64,000 nucleotides of DNA, taken from the NCBI GenBank assembly GCA_976551045.1, contig CDPCPM010000007.1, positions 8,494,001-8,558,000 of the forward strand, written 5' to 3'. The position numbers were made by a program, and so were the translations under genes. The stretch comes from Glaucostegus cemiculus (Eukaryota). How positions within the stretch are numbered: the first letter of the stretch is position 1; every line of letters begins with the position of its first letter. Shown here one piece after another: positions 26,500-38,185 of this stretch. Under the pieces are notes generated by a model that searched no databases, was not told where the DNA came from, and saw only the letters and a program-made list of their open reading frames with translations.

Positions 26500-27453
26500 T
26501 GTATTACTGGCTCCAATCCATTCCTCCAAATACCAATCTCTTTTACATTCGCTCCCACTCTCCAACATCAAAACAGTAGTTCCCCAATCCTTCCCTTCTA
26601 ATTCCCCAATTCAACCCCTCCAATATCCAGGTTGCCAGTCTGAGACCCATACCCTCGGAACATCCAGTCAGACAGTTCTTGATCCAAGTTCCTAATATGC
26701 TGACTATTCTTCCCCAAACCATGTCGCCAAACATGAAGACTGTTGGCACCTGATCCAAGTGCTATCTATACCTTCTTAACAGCCATTCTACCAGACACAA
26801 TCCATTCCCTTCCAAATATCCAAACAACCAGTCCCTGATCAATCCCTATAAAATCCAGAGTACCAGATCATTATCCATCCCCACAAAATATCTGGATCTA
26901 TCCTCTCTAACATCCAGGTTCCTCTTTCCAGATTAATCCACACCTAACATCCAGACTCCACATTCCCACTCCATCCACAGCTCCTATTCCATCGACAGTT
27001 AACATCCAGACTACCCAGCTTGGTCCACCTCTCCCAATATACACTTCACCATTCCCCAATCTATCCTTCCTAATGTCCAAACTACCAGATCCTAAAACCA
27101 TCCTCTCTTAACATTAAGATTGCTTAACATCCAAGACCATCCCTTTCTAACAAACAGGCCAACAGTTCCCAATCCAAACTTTCCTAATGTCCAGATCACC
27201 TTTCCCCAATCCATCACTCCTAACATGCACATTATCGGTTTCCAATCCATTCCCTCTTAACATCCAGGCTACTAGTTTTCTATCTACCTTATGATATCCA
27301 GGTGACAAGACCCAATCCCTGTCCTTCTAATAACCAGATCAACAGTCTCTGATCAATCCCCTCCCAAAATCCAGCCCATATGTTTTCAATCCATCCCCTC
27401 ATCATATCCAGACTACCATATTCTGATCTGACAATCTAACATCCAGACTACCA
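26500..27453 (+). repeat. Degenerate C-rich minisatellite, unit about 36-38 bp
   Basis: The core CTAACATCCAGACTACCAG and spacer CCCAATCCATCCC recur roughly every 37 nt, for example near 26907, 26944, 26999, 27257 and 27436. Confidence 0.75.
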
Positions 27454-27469
27454 GGAGGTAGTCCTCATA

Positions 27470-27960
27470 ACATTCAGGAGGTTCACCAGGTTGTTGCCTG
27501 GATTAGAGAGTATTAGCTATAAGGTAAGGTTGGAGAAAGTTGGATTTTTTTTTTCTGGAGTGTTGGATGCTGAGGTTTGACCTGATAAAAGTATATAAAG
27601 TTTATGAGAGGCATAGATATTTTCACCCTGGGAAAAGGACTCTGACTATATCAAAAACTAGAGGACATAGGTTTAAGGTGAGAGGGGGGGAAAGTTCAAA
27701 GGAAATTTATGAGGCAAATTTTTGGTTTTTGTCTTACACAGAGAATTCCCTGCCTAGAACACACTGCCAGGGGAGGTGCTTGAAGCAGATAATACAGCAA
27801 TGTTAAAGAGGCATTTAGACAGACACCTATACAGGCAGGGAATGGAGTGGCTTTAGACAATGTGCAGGCAGATAGGATTAGTTAATTTTGCAATATTGGT
27901 TTAACACAGACATGGTAGGCCAAAGGGACTATTCCTGTGCTGTACTTTTCTGTGTTCCTA
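27470..27960 (+). mobile_element. CR1 LINE 3' fragment
   Basis: CAGGAGGTTCACCAGG, DLIKVYK and SKTRGHRFKVRG, with tail GGCCAAAGGGACTATTCCTGTGCTGTAC. Confidence 0.85.
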
Positions 27961-27964
27961 AATG

Positions 27965-29310
27965 GTTGAGAGCACTGGATATAAAAGAGGCCATAGGACC
28001 AGACAACATCCCAGATGGAGTATTGAAGACCTGCACTCCAGAACTTGCTGTTCTTTCAGCCAACCAATACAGCAACAACACTGCAGAAAACCTCTCAGGT
28101 ATATTCTGCAGGAGAAATCTAAGCTGGCTAATGACCAGTCTATCGCAATCATCAGCACTGTTAATGCCAGCCACCAGATGCCATTGACAGTGCTATACCA
28201 TAAACCTATTCACTGATTCTCAATTCGGGCTTTGCCATGACCACTCAGCTCTGGCCACCATAGTTATGGTACAAAAGTGGGCCACAGAACTCATTTCCTA
28301 CACGAGGTGAGAATGTCTGCCCTTGGTCGGGGTCGTACCTTGCACAAATGTTTGTGCTTGCTGGAGGTCATTCATCCCAGTGCCAGAACACCCCTGAAGC
28401 AGTTCCTCAGGGCAGTGACCTACGCTCGAACATCTTCATCTGTTTCATCAATTACCCCCCCTGTCCCATTATTAGATCTGAAGTGGGGATGTTCATGGGT
28501 GATTCCATTCACATCTCCTCAGAAGTGAAGCAGTCCATGCCTGCTTGCAACACGAGCTCAACAGCACTCGGGCATGAAAGGATAAGTGGCAAGTAATATT
28601 TTTACCACACAGGCGTCAAATAATCAACATTTCCAACAAGTGAGTCTAATTGCCTACCACTGACATTCATTGGCATTAGAGCTGCCAGGTCTAACCATGG
28701 AAAGTGGCCATTTGGCCCATCAGGTCAAGGCTGGCTCCTGGAGAGCTATCTCTTTAATCCCATTCCACCTATCCTTATTTCCCTGTACTCCTGTAAATTT
28801 ATTCCATTCCACATCTGCCCATCAATTCTCCTTGGATTCTTATGCTATTATGAATCTTATCCATTAATCTACAGATACATCTTTTGGACATGGGAGGAAA
28901 TCATGGCACCCAGAAGGAACCCATGCAGACGCAAAGGAATGTGCAAACTTCGTACAGACAGTATACAATGTCAGACTTGAACCTGGGTCCCTGGAGCTGT
29001 GTGGCAACAGCACTACAGCTCCACCACTGTGCTACCCTTTCAATATCCTGCACATCACCATTTACCAGAAACTCAGCTGAACCAGTCACATAAATATGAT
29101 TGCTACAAGAGCAGATCAGAGGCTGCGTATCTTACAGTGAGTGACTTGACCCTACAAGGCCTTTCCCCCATCTAGAGGGCACAAGTCAGACGTGTGATTG
29201 CATACTTTCCAGTTCCCTGGATGAGTGCAGCACCAATACTTTGCAGAAAGCTCAACACCATCCAAGGCAAATCAACCAGGTTGATTGGTACCCTACTCAA
29301 TCCCCACCAA
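27965..29310 (+). mobile_element. Old CR1-clade LINE (family B) RT fragment, split by a V-SINE
   Basis: RT remnants ALDIKEAIGPDNIPDGVLKTCTPELA and AVPQGSDLRSNIFICFIN..IIRSEVGMF. The element continues after the SINE with CCAGAAACTCAGCTGAACCAGTCACATAAAT. Confidence 0.82.
28693..29037 (-). mobile_element. HE1-like V-SINE
   Basis: Reverse complement: GGGTAGCACAGTGGTGGAGCTG (head), CAGGTTCAAGTC (B-box) and AAGTTTGCACATTCC...GCATGGGTTCCTTCTGGGTGCC (V-domain). Confidence 0.82.
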
Positions 29311-29629
29311 ACAAGCATCTGAATATCAAATCACCCAGTTAGTAGCAGCAGTATACAACCAATCAAATGGCATTGACAGGCAAACTTCCATTCAATGCAG
29401 TCATTAAATACTGACTCAATCTAAATGAAGTGTATGGAAATAAATGCTTTGGAACACAGAGACTGAACAGCAATATACAGGAGGACCTAGATTGTGCTTG
29501 GGAAATGTCAGAATTGGCAGCTTTAATAGCCAGCTTAGTCAGTGTGTGACATGGCCAGCTTCTCTTCAGTGTTTGTGGAGAGGGCTTCTTCTCCTCCCTC
29601 CTCATGAGATCCCATTATTCACGATAGGC

Positions 29630-30190
29630 AATCAAACCAGAAAGTGCTAGAAACACTCAGCAGGCCGGACAGCATCAGCAGGGAGAGAAAAAAATGAGTC
29701 AATGTTTTCATTTGATCAGATATGGAAAAGTGGGAAAACAAGCATGTTTAAAGTTGCTGAGAGGGGCAAGGTCTCAGAAGGAATATCTACGATCAGGTGC
29801 AGATCAAAGTTGTCAAGGTAACCATTACTTTTTAAACTGGTAGTTGGACACAGTAAAAAAAAGAAACAAATTGAAACAAAGGTACAGCCTCATCTGTGAA
29901 GAAAGAATAGAAGGGGATGATTAGCTCTCAGTGTTAAATTTGATGTTAGGCCCCATATACTGCAATGTAAACAGATGGAAAATCAGGTGCTGTTCCTTGA
30001 GTTTGTGTTGGACATTGATGGTGAAACATAGGACACTAAAGGCAGTGAGGTCAGAGAGGGTGTAGAACAGAGAATTAGACAGGTGACTGGACGTTAGCAC
30101 TGTCCTTGTGGAATGAACATACATGTTCTGCAAAGTTATCACCAAATCTGCTTTTGCTTTTTCCATTGTCGAGGACACCACATTGCGAGC
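29630..30190 (-). mobile_element. Penelope-like retroelement 3' fragment (GIY-YIG endonuclease C-terminus plus pLTR)
   Basis: Minus-strand frame QHKLKEQHLIFHLFTLQYMGPNIKFN matches the PLE GIY-YIG end motif (KLEEQHLIFRLGTLQPxGxNIxF). It is followed downstream by the terminal repeat seen elsewhere in the window. Confidence 0.75.
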
Positions 30191-30224
30191 ATTGATGTCC
30201 AATTTCCTGCCCACCCTTTTATTG

Positions 30225-31165
30225 CTACGGCATCCCAGAATACATCAAACCCCTTCACACTTTCAAAGCCCCTAGAGCAGAGAATGCGGAATATTCACAA
30301 TTCTCAGAACAAAGATGTTTCTCATCAGAGTCCCATATGTCTAGTCCTTTATCCTGTGAATGTGACTCCTAGATTCCCCAACCCTGGGAGACCCTTCCCA
30401 CCATCTATTATGTCTTAACCCCTTAAAGTCTGTAAATATGATATTGTCCATCAATGTTCTAAACTCCAGAGATTAGAAACCCAATCCAGTCAATTTCTCT
30501 CATCCCTGGAAAAAAAGTCTTGTGAACACTTAAGCAGAGACACAAGCGGTTCTACAGATGCTGGAATCTGGAGCAATACACACAGAATGCTGGAGGAACT
30601 TGTCAGGCAGCATCTATGGAGGGAAATTAACTTGAAGGGTCTCCACCCAAAATGTCGACTATTCATTTCCCTCCATAGATGCTGCTTGACCCACTGAGTT
30701 CCTCAGCATCTTGTGTGCACCGCTTGCGAACATTTGATGCATTTGCTCCAAGTCAAGTATATTTTGCTTTCAATTTGATAATCAAAACGGCACACAGGAA
30801 TCCAGGTACAATTTCAAAGTATTAGTTAATTACAGCAAAAAAAAATCTTTACACTTATATCCCAGTCCCCTTCCAACAATGGCTAACACTCCATTTTTAC
30901 CTTCCCAATTGCTTTGTGTTTGCAATGGTAACCTCCTGTGATTCTCCATACATCAATATTCATTAATCTCTCACCTTTTAAAAAGTAATTTGCTTTTCTT
31001 TTCTTCCCACCAAAGCTGATAATTTCATATTTCCCACCTTGTATTCCACTAGTCATATTCTTTCCCTCTCACAATCCGTCTACATCCCTTTGCAATATCA
31101 TTTGTATTTCATTCCCTTCACAACTTATTTTCCCACCTAATCATGTATCATCCAGGAACAGAATG
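30225..31165 (-). mobile_element. Old CR1 fragment hosting a hairpin element
   Basis: The reverse complement shows CR1 C-terminal remnants (CAGGGTTGGGGAATCTAGGAGTCAC, TCTCTGGAGTTTAGAAC, CTGGATTCCTGTGTGCCGTTTTG). Confidence 0.65.
30532..30722. mobile_element. 191-bp hairpin element made of two inverted Penelope-like termini
   Basis: Perfect 21-bp inverted repeat at 30607-30627 and 30665-30685 with imperfect extensions. Flanked by an 11/13 direct repeat, CTTGTGAACACTT (30519-30531) and CTTGCGAACATTT (30723-30735). Confidence 0.8.
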
Positions 31166-31994
31166 ATGAGGTACATTACTCCAGATCCCATTTTCCATTG
31201 AGTTTCTGGGTAACTTTTAGCCAGCTCGAGGTGGGAACTGAGATGATAAGGTAGCCAACTGCTTTACATGTGCTACCTTTCTTTTCATTTAAAGTTATCA
31301 TAACATTAGGCAGCCATTTTTCAGTTGATTAAGAATATCCTCTCTGGAGCACTGTAGAATGGTTACATCTGCGTCAGTAATTCCATCACTCCCCCAACAA
31401 GTACCCCATTCCTTTTTTCCATCCAATATATTCCTTTCATTCAGCTTTTATCTTAAAATCTTCTGGTTTTCACAATCAGTAGCAGCATTTAGTATGGAAA
31501 TAATATTAAGATCATTTGTGATCCAAAAATACATTGTATAAATGTAAAGTAAAATATCTGCAGCAAGATTAAAATAATTGGGGAGATTTATTGGCAAAAC
31601 CTGAATGATAATTTGAACATATGGCCCATTGAAATTCCTGCGTGCAAGAGTGAGTGTGAGAATAGTGCTGTGGCAGGGATCTGCACGAGTTTTATGCAAG
31701 CTTCAAGGGAGTAATGTATTGTGCCTGTGAGAATCATGACTCCCAGGCCGACTGCTAGCAGTTGCATTTAATATAAACATGAGAAACAAAGCCACAACAG
31801 AAGCATGAACTTTGCAGTACAATCTCCCTCCTAAAACAGCATCCACAAAGTGCACAACTTGCCTGGTCATCATGTTGCTGGAAACGTCACCCAATGATAG
31901 GGGCGATGGGGGCCCCCAGCAACAGAGAACGTAGGACCTACTCTGCCAAAGGACAACTTCAGGCTTATCCAGTCACTTGAAACCAAGGTACATA

Positions 31995-32232
31995 GAGATT
32001 TATTCTCAGTGAGTAGTGAATCTCCAGAGTTCTCTACTGCAGAGAGTTATTCAGGCTTGCTCATCAGAAGTACTTAAAGTGGAGTCAACACATTTTTAAA
32101 AGATTGGGGGATTGAGGGCTGTGGGAATCTGGCACAGGGGAAGAGTTGAAGCCTGGGGTAGCTCAGCAATGAACAAATTGGATAGTGGGGACCAGATGGC
32201 CTACCCCTACTCCTATCTTCTTGTGTTCTTAT
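31995..32232 (+). mobile_element. CR1 3' end fragment
   Basis: TTATTCTCAGTGAGTAGTGAATCTCCAGAGTTCTCTAC..., with tail ACCAGATGGCCTACCCCTACTCCTATCTTCTTGTGTTCTTA. Confidence 0.75.
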
Positions 32233-32549
32233 AAATTCAATTCCTCCAACAGCAAGTCAAATCATTAAGTCACTCCTGGACACCTGAATAGTGGTCCAGG
32301 ACCTTTTAAATAATGCTGGAGTAGATCGTCACATCCACTGAATGCCAGCACTTGTGTTTAAGGCTATGCCATGGCCAATACAATATTACAACAGCTGTAA
32401 AATTATGCATCGCATGCTATTGACCTCATTGTTGCACAGTCTTCATGCATGTATGCATGCCTTCATGCATATGACATGACATGACCACATACTGAGCATC
32501 ACTGTGCAAGTACCTGCACCAAGTGTTTGACCTCAATTCCATCCTGGAC

Positions 32550-32780
32550 TGGGTCTCTAGAATCAGGAGTCATGGTCTCAAAGTAAGGAGGCAAGACTGA
32601 GATGAGAAGGAGGTTCTTCACCCAGAGGCTATAGAATCTCTGGAATTTGCACGCAGAGGTGCTATGGAGGCTTAGTCAGTGAGTATATTCAAACCACAGA
32701 TTGAATGTTTTAAGCTGTTAAGGGACATGGGGTTAGTGCAGGCAGATGGTGCCAAGGTAAAACATCAGCCATGATCAGAC
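32550..32780 (+). mobile_element. CR1 3' fragment
   Basis: TCTAGAATCAGGAGTCATGGTCTCAAAGTAAGG, GACTGAGATGAGAAGGAGGTTCTTCACCCAGAGG and ATCAGCCATGATC. Confidence 0.75.
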
Positions 32781-32782
32781 CA

Positions 32783-34235
32783 TATTACAATGTAATACAA
32801 AATAGGAGGCCATTTCAGCCCACCAAATCTGTGCCAGATCACAGAGCAATTCCATTCCCCATTGGTTTTCCTTGTGACCTATTCTCCCCACATTCCTCAG
32901 CTCCAAGATTCTACCACCTATGCACTTAGGGCAATTTACAGTGGCCAATTAACATTAAACTCAGGAGCACCTAGACAACTGCAAAACATACGTCAGGCTG
33001 CTGTTTATTGATTACAGCTCGGCATTCAACACCATCATCTCCTCAGCGCTAATCGCCAAGCTTCAAAACCTGGGGCCCTGTACCTCCCTCTGCAACTGGA
33101 TCCTCGACTTCCCTATCAGGAGACCACAGTCAATGCAGATCAGTAGTAACATCTCCTCCTCGCTGACGATCAACACAGGCACACCTCAAGGATGTGTGCT
33201 TAGCCCACTGCTCTACACTCTCTACACTCAAGAATGTAAGGCTAAGCACAGCTCAAATGCCATCTATAAATTCATTGATGATACCACTGTTGTTGGTAGA
33301 ACCTGAGATGCGTCAAGGAGGCATACAGAAGTGAGATAGATTGGCTGGTTGAGTGGTGTTGCAACAACAACCTCGCACTCAGTGTCAACAAGACCAAGGA
33401 ATTGATTGTGGACTTCAGGAAGGGGAAGTCAGGAGAACACACACCAGCCCTCATTGAGGGGTCAGCAGTGGAAAGTGTGAGCAGCTTCAAGATCCTGGGC
33501 ATCAACATCTCAGAGGATCTACCCTGGGCCCAACACATCGATGCAATCGCAAAGAAGGCATGGCAGTGGCGCTACTTCATTAGGAGTTTGAGGAGATTCG
33601 GTACATCACCAAAGACTTTGCAAATTTTTTTATAGATGTACAGTGGAGAGCATTCCTACTGGTTCCATCACAGCCTGGTATGGAGGCTCCAATGCACAAA
33701 ATCACAAGAGGCTGCAGAGGATTGTAGACTCAGCCAGCTCCATCATGAGCACAACCCTCCTCACTGTCAAGGACATCTTCATGAGGTGGTGCCTCAAGAA
33801 GGTGACATCCATCACTAAGGACCTGACTATCCAGGACATGCCCTCTTCTCATTACTACCATCGAGAGAAGGTACATGAAGACCCAGACTCAATGATTCAG
33901 AAACAGCTTCTTCCCCTCCGCCATCAGAGTTCTGATTGGTCCATGAACAAATGAACACTACCTTGTTATTCCTTTTTTTGTTGCACTATTTATTTATTTC
34001 TGTAAATCATAATTTTATGCCCTTGCACTGTACTGCCGCTGCAAAACAACAAATTTGATGTCATATAATAAATCTGATTCCAACCCACTGCTCTGGGATG
34101 TGGGAGGAAACCAGAGCACCTGGAGAAAATCACAGGGAGGCGTGCAATCTCCATGCAGACAGCACCAGAAGTTAGTGTTGAACCTGGATCACCGGAGCTG
34201 CAACACAGCAGCTCTACTAACTGTGCCACTGTCCC
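32783..34235 (-). mobile_element. HE1-like V-SINE split into 34081-34235 (5' half) and 32783-32953 (3' half)
   Basis: The 5' half has the tRNA head, B-box (CCAGGTTCAACAC) and V-domain start. The 3' half resumes at GTTAATTGGCCACTGTAAATTGCCCTAAG and ends in a GGGCTGAAATGGCCTCC tail. Confidence 0.8.
32954..34080 (+). mobile_element. Rex1/Babar LINE, 5'-truncated, decayed RT
   Basis: [16 protein letters not shown] (~32989), [51 protein letters not shown] and ITAWYG..RLQRIV; ends AATAAATCTGATTC. Confidence 0.92.
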
Positions 34236-34652
34236 ATTCACTCCCTGCTTACAAGGAACAGAATTTCTAGCCCTAGGAGTCTTAAAACTGAATTAATTAT
34301 ATCCCCTGCTAAAAACCTTTCAGCACCTGATTTATCAAACGTACATTGTATTATCAAGATCAGATGAACTTAACCTGTTTGAACATGAAGCTGAGTAACT
34401 CCACTCCCTCAGACACGTTATCATGCACTGACAGATGAGATTCTACTTCTCAGTTGATTTAATGGAGTGATGTGCTTTTAGAGAAGACGGAAATTTCTCC
34501 TAAAGTCATTCTGCTTCACTGTGTCTGGCCTGCTTCGCAGAAAACAACATGTCCGTAAGCTTTCCATGGAACCAAGAAGATCGGTAATGCATCCCAACAG
34601 GCCCGTACTCCTAGTGATTGCCCCCTCTCATTACATGCTCCACCACACCTCA

Positions 34653-34990
34653 GGGGCACAGCCTGATGAATTGCAGCCTCACAGCTCCAGCTACCCGGCT
34701 TTGATCCTGACTGTCCGTGCTCTCTGTGTGGAGTTTGCATGTCTTTCATGTGACTGCGTGGGCCTCCTCCGGGTGTTCCGGCTTCCTCCCCACGTTCCAA
34801 AAGTATGCAGGCTAGTATGTTAATTGGCAGATGTAAATTGGCCCGACTGCATAGGTGCACGATGGAATCTGTGAGGAGGTGGGGTTAACTCATGGGAACA
34901 TGGGGAGAATAAATGTAAAAACAGATGCTTGATGATCAGCGTGGGCTTGGTGGGCCGAAGGGCCTGTTTCCATGCTGCTATCTCTCTATC
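34653..34990 (+). mobile_element. HE1-like V-SINE
   Basis: V-domain TGTGTGGAGTTTGCATGTC...GCGTGGGCCTCCTCCGGGTGTTCCGGCTTCCTCCCCAC; tail GGGCCGAAGGGCCTGTTTCCATGCTG. Confidence 0.88.
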
Positions 34991-35384
34991 TCCCCATGAC
35001 CCTTTCTCCTCCCTCAAACCTGTCTTTCTCAGATTTCTTGTGACAGCAATCCCTCATCTCACTGTTGTAAGCCCTGATTTCATTTTCACTGGTCATCATT
35101 GTACTAGCTATCCTTTCATTACCCTAGCTAGTAAGACTTTATAAAATGCAGGTTTAAAACCTCACTTTTTTTTTATTAAATCACTCTGGCTTCATGACAA
35201 ATATCTAACAACTGCTTTAAAACCTAGTACACCCAGTATTGTTACACCACTAATGAGCCCAGGAGTACAGAAGGTTTAAAGAACACATGTTCCTTACTAC
35301 CACTAATTAAAACTATTTAAAAAATGTGCTGGTTTTATCTTCTCTGTTTCCTTGAGTGTCAGACTGAACTACGTTCTCTGGTAC

Positions 35385-37745
35385 TTCACTCAGTGCCTGG
35401 GCTACCAGTTGAGTGACACAAGTTGAAATCCCACTTTGGCAGCAGTGGTGTTTGAATTCTGTCAAATAATTTAGGATTTTTTTTAAACTGCCAGTTTTAG
35501 TTACGGTAACCACAGAACTACCAGATTGTTGTAAACACCCTTTTGATTCCCTCATGTCCTGTTAAACTAGGAAATCTGTGGCCCTAACCAGTCGGTCCCA
35601 TTTGCGACACAAGACCACAGGAATGTGGTTGAGTCTTAATTACCCTCTGAAATGGCCCAGCAAGCCATTCAATCCTATCAAACTGCTGCAATAAAAATAG
35701 CATATGTAAAATAAACAGAGAGACCATCCATCATCGACTAAGCACTAAATTTGAACACTACAAAGTCATTCCTAGTCTAGTCAAACTTGCAAAATCCTCA
35801 TCTGAGGACTGGAGTCTAAATTGGGAGAACCGTGTCGCACACTAGTCACCAACCTGATATGGATGTACTGTCACAATCGTACCTTTCAGACAACATCCCG
35901 GAATCCTCTGATACAGTTCCTGGATATGTCTTCTACCGCTGGCAGGACAAATCCACCAGAAGTAGAGGTACAGTGCATCAAAGCTCTGGAAATCCACAAT
36001 ATTGACTCTATGCTTCATGAAATTTCACAGCAGCAAGTCAAATATGGACAAAGAAACCTCTTCTTGTTGCTGCTTCCCTCAGCTCATGAATTAGTACTTC
36101 GACAATACTTGGAAGAAGCACTGAAAGCGGGAAGAACACAGACAGTACTCATTACCAAGAGTGGCGCAGTGACATCATCACTGATCACACTGGCCAAGTC
36201 TGGAGGGATACAACAGTCAGAATGGGCCTGCGGCAGGTAGTCAGTGAAACGGTGTGAGGGATAAGTGTCCTTGACACCATTCTCACCAAGCTACCAGTTG
36301 TAGCTATACCTGTACATGACTGTATCAGAAGTGACCAATGGACAGCACATGACAAAGCCTGGTCTTAATAACAACTACTCATGTAAAATGGAACAGAGTA
36401 GTTCAAGGGACTTGAGATGGGCACGCATGAGGTGTGTGGACCATTAGCAGTACATAGGGAGATACAAGTGGTTTCTGGAGGTCAATCACCCAACCCCTGG
36501 ACAGTCAGGCATAGACTGATAACCAGAAAACAACATTCACACCACTGAAGTGCCAGGCAATGACCATCTTCAACAGGAGAATTGAAACAACTATCCTTGA
36601 CATTTATTCATTATGTTCCTCATCATCAAAACCCTAGAGAGTCAACATTGACCAGAAATTCAACTGGAGATGCCACATAAACACCGATTTCAAAATCTGG
36701 TCAAAGGCTGGATCTCCTGACAGCCTGAAGCCTTTCCACTATCTAGAAAGCGCATCAGGCAAGTGATGAAAGACATTCACCTAGGCAAATAAAGAACAAC
36801 TCCAATAGCATTCAAGAAGTTCATAACTGCCCAAGAAAAGGCAGACCAATTGATCTGCACTTGACTCACCACTTCAAGCATTCATTCCCTTCACATCGGG
36901 GTAACGTGGCTGCAGTGTGAGCCATTTACAAAATTCACTGCAGTTGCTTGTCTTGGCTCCTCTGACATTGAGTGCAGTTCTGGTTGCTCAGCAACAAGAA
37001 GGATGTCATTAAACTGGAAAGGGTTCATGAGAATGTTACCAGGACTAAAGGACTTGAGGTATATGAAGAGGGCGGACAGGCTGGAGCTTCTTAAACCCTG
37101 GACCATAGGAGGCTGAGGGGCGACCTTACAGGAGATCCGTAAAATCATGAGGGGCATAGATAAGGCAGATACAGTCTTTTGTTTTACAGGGTAGGAGAGT
37201 CTAAAGCTCGAGGGCACAAGTTTAAGATAAGACAGGAAGGCTTTAAAAAAGGGATCGGAGGGTCAGCTTTTTCCACACAGAGGGTGGTGGGTACATGGAA
37301 TGAATTGCAAGAGAAAGGGCAGGGGTAGGTACAATTACAATGTTTAAAAGACATTTAGACAGATACATGGATAGGAAAGTTTCAGAGGGATAGGGGCCAA
37401 ACACAGGCAACTGGAACTAGCTCAGGTAGACAACCCAATTGGCATGGACGAGTTGGGCCGACAGGCCTGTTTCTGTGCTGTATAACTCGATGACAGCTCC
37501 TCTCAAACCCACACACAACAAAGGCAGCAGACAGTTGTGAACATACTACCAAATTACACACCAACCTAACGTGGAAATATAATGCTGGTCCTTCATCATC
37601 ACCAAGTCTAAACTTGGAACATTACATCTTCACCAGAAGGACTGCAGTTGGTCAAAAAGGTGGCTCATCGGCATCTTTCAAATGCTCCTAGGGATGGACA
37701 ATCAATCCTGCTCTTGCCAACAATCTCCTCATTCGACTAAAAAAC
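35385..37745 (+). mobile_element. CR1-clade LINE (family B) with tRNA/SINE-like head, internally deleted, hosting a CR1 insertion
   Basis: Head with B-box-like GTTGAAATCC (35422) and AATGTGGTTGAGTCTTAATTACCCTCTGAAATGGCC. Then APE-like remnants (35800-36350), family-B 3' blocks (CATTGACCAGAAATTCAACTGG) and tail (37650-37745). Confidence 0.7.
36968..37490 (+). mobile_element. CR1 (HER1-like) LINE 3' fragment
   Basis: GTGCAGTTCTGG, KKDVIKLERV and CACAGAGGGTGGTGGGTACATGGAATGAATTGC; tail TTGGGCCGACAGGCCTGTTTCTGTGCTGTATAACTC. Candidate TSD TGACA at 36963-36967 and 37491-37495. Confidence 0.88.
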
Positions 37746-38185
37746 ACTGGTGGATGATCTTGTCTGAAAAATATTGCAGCCGAACTTAACTTTGTCCTAC
37801 ATTGCCAAAGAGGCGTATTTATGATAAGGATTGTCATAAATGTGCCTCTTTTGTCCATATCAATACGTTACCCCCTACAGCATGAGCTTTTATTGTCCAC
37901 AATAATAATTTCTGATGTGGCACATTATCAAATGTATTATGCTAATCTAAACAATCTAGAAAATCTGGAAATGAAGTGTAGAGCATGGACAATATTAGTT
38001 TGGAGAAAATGCAAACCTAGACAATTTAGAATAGTAATTTTAATCCTGAGAAATGGACAGTTTGGGCCACACAAGAAGTAAAATTTTAAATATACTAGGC
38101 CATGGGAAACTCGACAGATAAAGAGGTACCAGATTGGCTGAATAAAGCAGTCAATACTTTTTTTTTCAGCTCTGCCCTTGAAACC

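Noticed and set aside
26500-27453. CRISPR-like array
   Set aside because: Vertebrate intron with no cas genes. The repeats are degenerate and the intervening segments resemble each other, as in a tandem repeat.
30585-30716. Pre-miRNA
   Set aside because: The hairpin is explained by inverted transposon termini, its 37-nt loop is large, and no expression evidence is available.
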